A stretch of 64,000 nucleotides of DNA, from IMG/VR virus record IMGVR_UViG_3300019757_000093, positions 10,328-74,327 of that record. One strand, 5' to 3'. This DNA comes from a virus. Below are positions 59,662 through 64,000 of the stretch, piece after piece. The notes under the pieces were generated by a model, which was given only the letters and a program-made list of their open reading frames with translations, did not search any database and was not told the origin of the DNA. The translations under genes were made by a program, and so were the position numbers. How positions within the stretch are numbered: position 1 is the stretch's first letter; each line of letters starts with the position of its first letter.

Positions 59662-61317
59662 ATGAAAATAAAAAAAATTGGAGCTAGCTCAAGATTAGAT
59701 TTACAATTTAAAACTAAAATCTTTGAACAGGCTGAAATGTCTTTAAAGAAAATAAATGCTAGACAAAATAAAGCTAGTAATGATATTATGATTGAAGAGA
59801 GCACTAAGGCTGATGTTTTATTAAAATCTGCTAGACCTAATGCCAACTTTAATTTCGAGGTAAGCCAAAAAGTACAGAAACTACAAAAGATTGAAGAAAG
59901 TACTAGAAGTTTAGGAACTGAAAATTTCAGTGCTACTAAATTAGAAAGAAAACTTAGTCATGATTTAAGTTATCTAAATTATTTAGGGGAGAGCACATTT
60001 AAAGTTGATGAGAGTAAAGAATTATATATGTCTTTAATTCAAGAAGCTGCTATACTTAGTTCTGATCTTTATAGAGAAGCAAATGTTACACCAAGATTAA
60101 TTTCTTTGGCAATTAATGAAGATCTATCGGAAGCTGAAAATAATACTATTTATGAAAATACTCTTACTCAAAGTCTTGAGAAGAATTTTAGAATCCCTTT
60201 ATTACAAGGTAAGTTACTTCAAGAAAATGAAGCAGCTGTAAAGAAAATTATTACAGAAAGCGTTGAAAAAGGTCTAAATGATCTTGGAGATATTAATCCA
60301 GGTGAGATGGCAACTTATTTACCATTTCAAAATACTGTACGAAGTCATATTCAGGAATCATTTTTACCTCAACCAGCTATGGTTCAAGTAGATAATTTTA
60401 CAGGAGCACAAGATGCTAACTACGATACTTTTGATGGAAACGCTAATGCAATTATGGCGAAGCTCGATAACGTTCTAGATAAAATTACAACTATGTTAAG
60501 TCCATCTTTATTTAAAGATAAAGTTGATATGGGTGAAGATTCATTTGATGGTACTAAATATGCTATGATGAAAGCTGTAACTGATATGCCTTGCGAAGAT
60601 GGAGCAGATGCTGGAGATAGTCCATGTGCTTTAGCAGGAGATAGTGCATCAGGAAGCGTTTCTGGTCCAGATGATTTAGGTTTTGGAGCAGAAGAAGCAC
60701 CAGCAACTGGGGATGATATTATACCATCAGAGGGAGCTGAAGTAATTTCTGGAGAAGATGATGCTACAGCAGCCGCACCAGAAGCCGGTATGACTGGGGA
60801 CGATGTTGATTTAGAAGCTGAAGCAGCCGCTATTGATTCGGCAGTAGATTCTGGAGAGTTAGATGCAGGAGAAATTTCTGAGCCAGGTGCTAGTGTAGAA
60901 GTTCCAGTGGAAACAACTAAAGAAGATACTCCAACTGTAACACCAGAAGATGATGGTCAAAATAATGAAGGTGATTTAGTAGATAATTCTGGAAAAGATG
61001 ATTCTGAAGGTGGAAATAAAGATACAACATCTAATACAGAAACTAAAGATGATTCTGGAGAATCAAAAAGCGACGAGAAATCAGAAAAGAGTGAAAATCC
61101 ATTTGCTAAAAAAGATTCAGAAAACGGAGAATCTAAAGAATTAGATAAAGAAGATGCTAAAACTCAAGATTTAGATAAAGATGGAGTAGCTGATTCAAAA
61201 GAACCTCATGGTATGGATTCTGATTCTGATGGAGATCCAGTAGATAAAGATGATAAAGATAAATCTCATTCACCTGAAGCTAAAGATAAAGATAAAGATA
61301 AAGATAAAAAAGATTAA
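59662..61317 (+). CDS. Putative scaffold/core protein with a long acidic disordered tail
   Basis: Repeated [IL]-x-E sites; D/E-rich C-terminal part ending in DK repeats. Confidence 0.55.
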   Translation: MKIKKIGASSRLDLQFKTKIFEQAEMSLKKINARQNKASNDIMIEESTKADVLLKSARPNANFNFEVSQKVQKLQKIEESTRSLGTENFSATKLERKLSHDLSYLNYLGESTFKVDESKELYMSLIQEAAILSSDLYREANVTPRLISLAINEDLSEAENNTIYENTLTQSLEKNFRIPLLQGKLLQENEAAVKKIITESVEKGLNDLGDINPGEMATYLPFQNTVRSHIQESFLPQPAMVQVDNFTGAQDANYDTFDGNANAIMAKLDNVLDKITTMLSPSLFKDKVDMGEDSFDGTKYAMMKAVTDMPCEDGADAGDSPCALAGDSASGSVSGPDDLGFGAEEAPATGDDIIPSEGAEVISGEDDATAAAPEAGMTGDDVDLEAEAAAIDSAVDSGELDAGEISEPGASVEVPVETTKEDTPTVTPEDDGQNNEGDLVDNSGKDDSEGGNKDTTSNTETKDDSGESKSDEKSEKSENPFAKKDSENGESKELDKEDAKTQDLDKDGVADSKEPHGMDSDSDGDPVDKDDKDKSHSPEAKDKDKDKDKKD

Positions 61318-61337
61318 TGAAATTTCATTAATCTTTT
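61308..61337 (+). terminator. Perfect palindrome at a gene end
   Basis: AAAAGATTAATGAAATTTCATTAATCTTTT. Confidence 0.55.
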
Positions 61338-61366
61338 AATGTTGTAGTCAGGGATAAAGGAATAAA

Positions 61367-61966
61367 ATGGAATTGAAAGTAAATAAACAATTAATAATAG
61401 AATCTCTCAATGCTTCGTTAACTACAACCATATTAAAAACAATTAAAGTTAATAATAAAATGCAAAAGAATTACGAGTATTATTTAACAGAACCAGTTGG
61501 TAAAAAGTTCCATAAGGATTTTAATCCAGAATTAACTCCAAAAGAAATGATGGAAACTGGTATCTTTGGTGGAAAATATTTTAATGATGTAAGTCAAACG
61601 AATGAATATCCAAAAGATTGGTGGTCTAAAGCTATTCTTAGCGGACAACAAAATAAATCTAATTATAAATTAAATTATTTTCAAGTCCCAGCTAGTTTAT
61701 CCTTAAAAGAATGGAAAAGAAAAAAATGGATTCATCCAGATGATCCAAGAGGTTGGGTTGAATGGTATTTTAGATATTATATGGGTAGAAGACATGAAGA
61801 TGACGAGAGACAAATTAAAAGATGGAAGAATGCTAAAAGGCATTTACAAGCAGCCCTAACTTACCAAAAGAAAAATGATGGTAAGCAATCTCTAGCCAGA
61901 TTACAAACTATGCTTCATTGGGCATATGATGTAAGAAAAGAAAAAAAGATTAAGAAGGATAAATAA
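61367..61966 (+). CDS. Conserved uncharacterised domain fused to a MELKVNKQLIIE leader
   Basis: LTPKEM..GIFGGKYF, DPRGWVEWYFRYYMGRR and DERQIKRW recall a widespread Trp/Arg-rich family of unknown function. Confidence 0.7.
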   Translation: MELKVNKQLIIESLNASLTTTILKTIKVNNKMQKNYEYYLTEPVGKKFHKDFNPELTPKEMMETGIFGGKYFNDVSQTNEYPKDWWSKAILSGQQNKSNYKLNYFQVPASLSLKEWKRKKWIHPDDPRGWVEWYFRYYMGRRHEDDERQIKRWKNAKRHLQAALTYQKKNDGKQSLARLQTMLHWAYDVRKEKKIKKDK

Positions 61967-62286
61967 TGGCTGCTAACCAGGACTGGAGAAAAACCAGAGA
62001 ATATAGAAAATGGAGAGTAGCTGTTATCCGAAGAGATAAGAGCTGCTTATTATGTAAAAGTACTAAAAGTAGAAATGCTCATCATGTAGAAAATGGAAGT
62101 TATCATCCAGAAGGAAGATTTGATGTAGATAATGGAGTAACTCTTTGTCGAGCATGTCATACAGCTTTTCATTGTGATTTTAAAAGAAGTTTTAGACAGA
62201 AATGTACTAAAGATGATTGGAATAATTTTGCTAAATTATGTAATTATCTAAGAACTAAAGATTTAATCGAATTAGATTTTAAATAA
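61966..62286 (+). CDS. Small HNH endonuclease
   Basis: RDKSCLLC, AHH, DNGVTLCRACH. Confidence 0.85.
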   Translation: MAANQDWRKTREYRKWRVAVIRRDKSCLLCKSTKSRNAHHVENGSYHPEGRFDVDNGVTLCRACHTAFHCDFKRSFRQKCTKDDWNNFAKLCNYLRTKDLIELDFK

Positions 62287-62345
62287 AAATTTATAGCTAC
62301 CTTAGGATAGTATAGAAAATTTATTAAAATGGAAAAAGGTTTAGA

Positions 62346-63071
62346 ATGAATTCAGAAAAATACCAAGCTCCTTTTATTGCGATAGAAGGTTTAGATGGAA
62401 GCGGAAAGAGTTCTCAAGTTGAATTACTTGGGGAATATTTAAAGAATAAAGATAATGGTGTTGTATTATCAAAAGAACCAACGACTGGTCCTATTGGTAC
62501 TTTAGTTAGAGAGATTCTTACTGGAGATAATGTGGTTCAAAATACAACATTAGAATCATTAATGGAATTAGATAGAAAAGAGCATGTGGTTGAAATTGGT
62601 AATAATATTAGCGCTGGTAATATTTATATTACTGATAGATATATATTTAGTGGTTTAGCTTATAATACAAGTGGTAAATCATTAATGAAATTATATCAAG
62701 AAAATAATAGTACTTTATTACCAGAGGTAGTATTCTTTATAGATGTTTCTCCGGAAGAAGCTTTAAATAGAATTAATAAAAGATGTTTTTTAGATGATAC
62801 TAAGCCAGAGATATATGAGAATATATCAAAACTTACAGAAACTAAAAAGAGATTTGATAAAATTATTAATTACTATAATGCGACGAATTTATGTAATATT
62901 ATTAGAATTGATGGAGAGCAATCTCAAGAAAAGATTCATGAAGATATTAAAAAACATATTCAAGAGTTAGATTATTTTAAAGGAAAGACTCGAGGAAATA
63001 ATCCCGATTTTATTCCCGTAGATGAATTTGCTTATATAGAAGAAGATTTAATACCAGAGGCTAATAAATAA
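62346..63071 (+). CDS. tmk: Thymidylate (dTMP) kinase family protein
   Basis: IEGLDGSGKSSQ P-loop, KEP, DRKEH, TDRYIFSGLAY. Confidence 0.9.
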   Translation: MNSEKYQAPFIAIEGLDGSGKSSQVELLGEYLKNKDNGVVLSKEPTTGPIGTLVREILTGDNVVQNTTLESLMELDRKEHVVEIGNNISAGNIYITDRYIFSGLAYNTSGKSLMKLYQENNSTLLPEVVFFIDVSPEEALNRINKRCFLDDTKPEIYENISKLTETKKRFDKIINYYNATNLCNIIRIDGEQSQEKIHEDIKKHIQELDYFKGKTRGNNPDFIPVDEFAYIEEDLIPEANK

Positions 63072-63093
63072 AAGCCAGGTAAGGAAAATAATA

Positions 63094-63555
63094 ATGGAAA
63101 AATTAAGAAATAGAGAAGTAGGAGTATTTAATTTTAAGAATGGTCTAGAATTTCAAATCAAGGATTTAAAGTTAAGTACCTTATATAATAAAAAAGAGTT
63201 ATCAAATTATTATGATATTTCTTGGTTGTTATGTACTGAAGAACATAAAATGTGGGATCCAGCCTTAGCTATTTTTGGAAATAAATTAGGAATTATGTCC
63301 ATGTGGGGTGGAGTGGACATAATAAATTATCAGTTGGAAATAGATCTTAAATATACTATCAATTTTAAAATTAATCCTAAAGGGGATTGGAAATTAAGTA
63401 TAAACGATAAAGAATTTGAAGGTCGTAGAACTGACTTTACTTTAGATCGAGAGAGTGCTTATTTTGTGTTTGGTGTAGGCCAGGAAAAAGTAAAAACCCC
63501 AGGAAATAAATTAGTTGGATTTTTTGAAGACTATTATATTAAAGAATTTAGATAA
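63094..63555 (+). CDS. Hypothetical beta-rich protein (possibly ConA-like)
   Basis: 153-aa ORF; KLSIND..., FVFGVG, LVGFFED. Confidence 0.6.
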   Translation: MEKLRNREVGVFNFKNGLEFQIKDLKLSTLYNKKELSNYYDISWLLCTEEHKMWDPALAIFGNKLGIMSMWGGVDIINYQLEIDLKYTINFKINPKGDWKLSINDKEFEGRRTDFTLDRESAYFVFGVGQEKVKTPGNKLVGFFEDYYIKEFR

Positions 63556-63607
63556 GGTATATCCTTATCTAAATTCTCCTGTCCTTGGATTTTAGAACAA
63601 AGATATA
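63544..63607 (+). promoter_or_regulatory. Hairpin+(C)TCCTGTC element and AACAAA-GATA-TA promoter motif
   Basis: GAATTTAGATAAGG/CCTTATCTAAATTC, TCCTGTC at 63577, AACA at 63596. Confidence 0.75.
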
Positions 63608-63628
63608 TCAAAATAAAGGATTTAAATA

Positions 63629-64000
63629 ATGCAAATTAAAAAAATATTTAACTTAGAAGAAGTACTTACTTCAGATGATTTCATTGCTCAAAAACAAGAT
63701 GCTATTACTATTCAATATCAAAGAAAATACTCAGGTTTACTTGTAAAAGTATATACTTATTGTAAAGAAGATAGAAAAATAGTAATCTCAATAACAGAAG
63801 AAAGTAAAACTTTTGTAGGATCTTCAGATAAAACATTAGCACATAGATTAATTGATGAACAGTCATTACTTTCATTAGATAATGAAATGACTGATACATA
63901 TGAATTAATTATTACTACTGATACAGCTCTTCCAGATTATGTTACAGCTATCGATGTAGCTCAAGCTAAAGCAGATGAGAAATTCGATTCGAATAAATCA
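63629..64000 (+). CDS. Modular virion protein, paralog 4 (runs off the window end; not in the ORF track)
   Basis: MQIKKIFNLEEVLTSDDFIAQK...LVKVYTYC...LDNEMTDTYEL...AQAKADEKF. Confidence 0.85.
   Translation, partial: MQIKKIFNLEEVLTSDDFIAQKQDAITIQYQRKYSGLLVKVYTYCKEDRKIVISITEESKTFVGSSDKTLAHRLIDEQSLLSLDNEMTDTYELIITTDTALPDYVTAIDVAQAKADEKFDSNKS

Noticed and set aside
751-63899. Short ORF-track entries antisense to larger genes (e.g. 751, 2757, 4719, 12696, 14235, 14833, 16414, 19819, 26362, 36018, 41634, 43301, 44866, 45026, 46661, 47861, 50220, 50430, 59637, 63708)
   Set aside because: They overlap well-supported genes on the opposite strand, with no evident SD or motifs; shadow ORFs
1-64000. 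Genome-wide stop-codon reassignment to explain the PAAR TAA or chaperone TAG
   Set aside because: TAA and TAG end many genes cleanly before SD sites or hairpins, and long ORFs are intact under code 11

Overview
A very AT-rich, gene-dense segment of a large myovirus (jumbo-phage-like) genome, read with the standard code (TAA, TAG and TGA all end genes). Bases 1-7850 hold small, probably early genes on the minus strand, including a radical SAM enzyme, a GGCT-like protein, an HD hydrolase and an ankyrin-like protein. From 8163 all genes are on the plus strand. First comes a sugar-modification cluster. The morphogenesis region follows: prohead protease, major capsid protein, holin, tail chaperone, baseplate, sheath, tube, spike, fibres and PAAR. 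It is interspersed with free-standing homing-type endonucleases and ends with probable head/core proteins and a dTMP kinase. No portal, terminase, tape measure or RNA polymerase is recognisable here. The most notable observations: (1) a phage-specific transcription grammar, in which hairpins are followed by TTCCTGTC instead of a U-tract and an AAC[AT]AA-N4-TA motif recalls AR9-type late promoters; (2) a shared N-terminal 'MELKVNKQL..E' leader on unrelated proteins, a candidate capsid-targeting signal; (3) four paralogous genes with a constant N-domain and variable C-domain, three with their own expression cassette; (4) a probable +1 frameshift at TTT-CGA in the tail chaperone; (5) a PAAR gene missed by the ORF track because of an in-frame TAA; (6) a dispersed AGCT-rich intergenic repeat, one copy bounded by perfect 21-bp inverted repeats. 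All assignments come from motif recognition by eye; no searches were run, and the host cannot be determined from this window.
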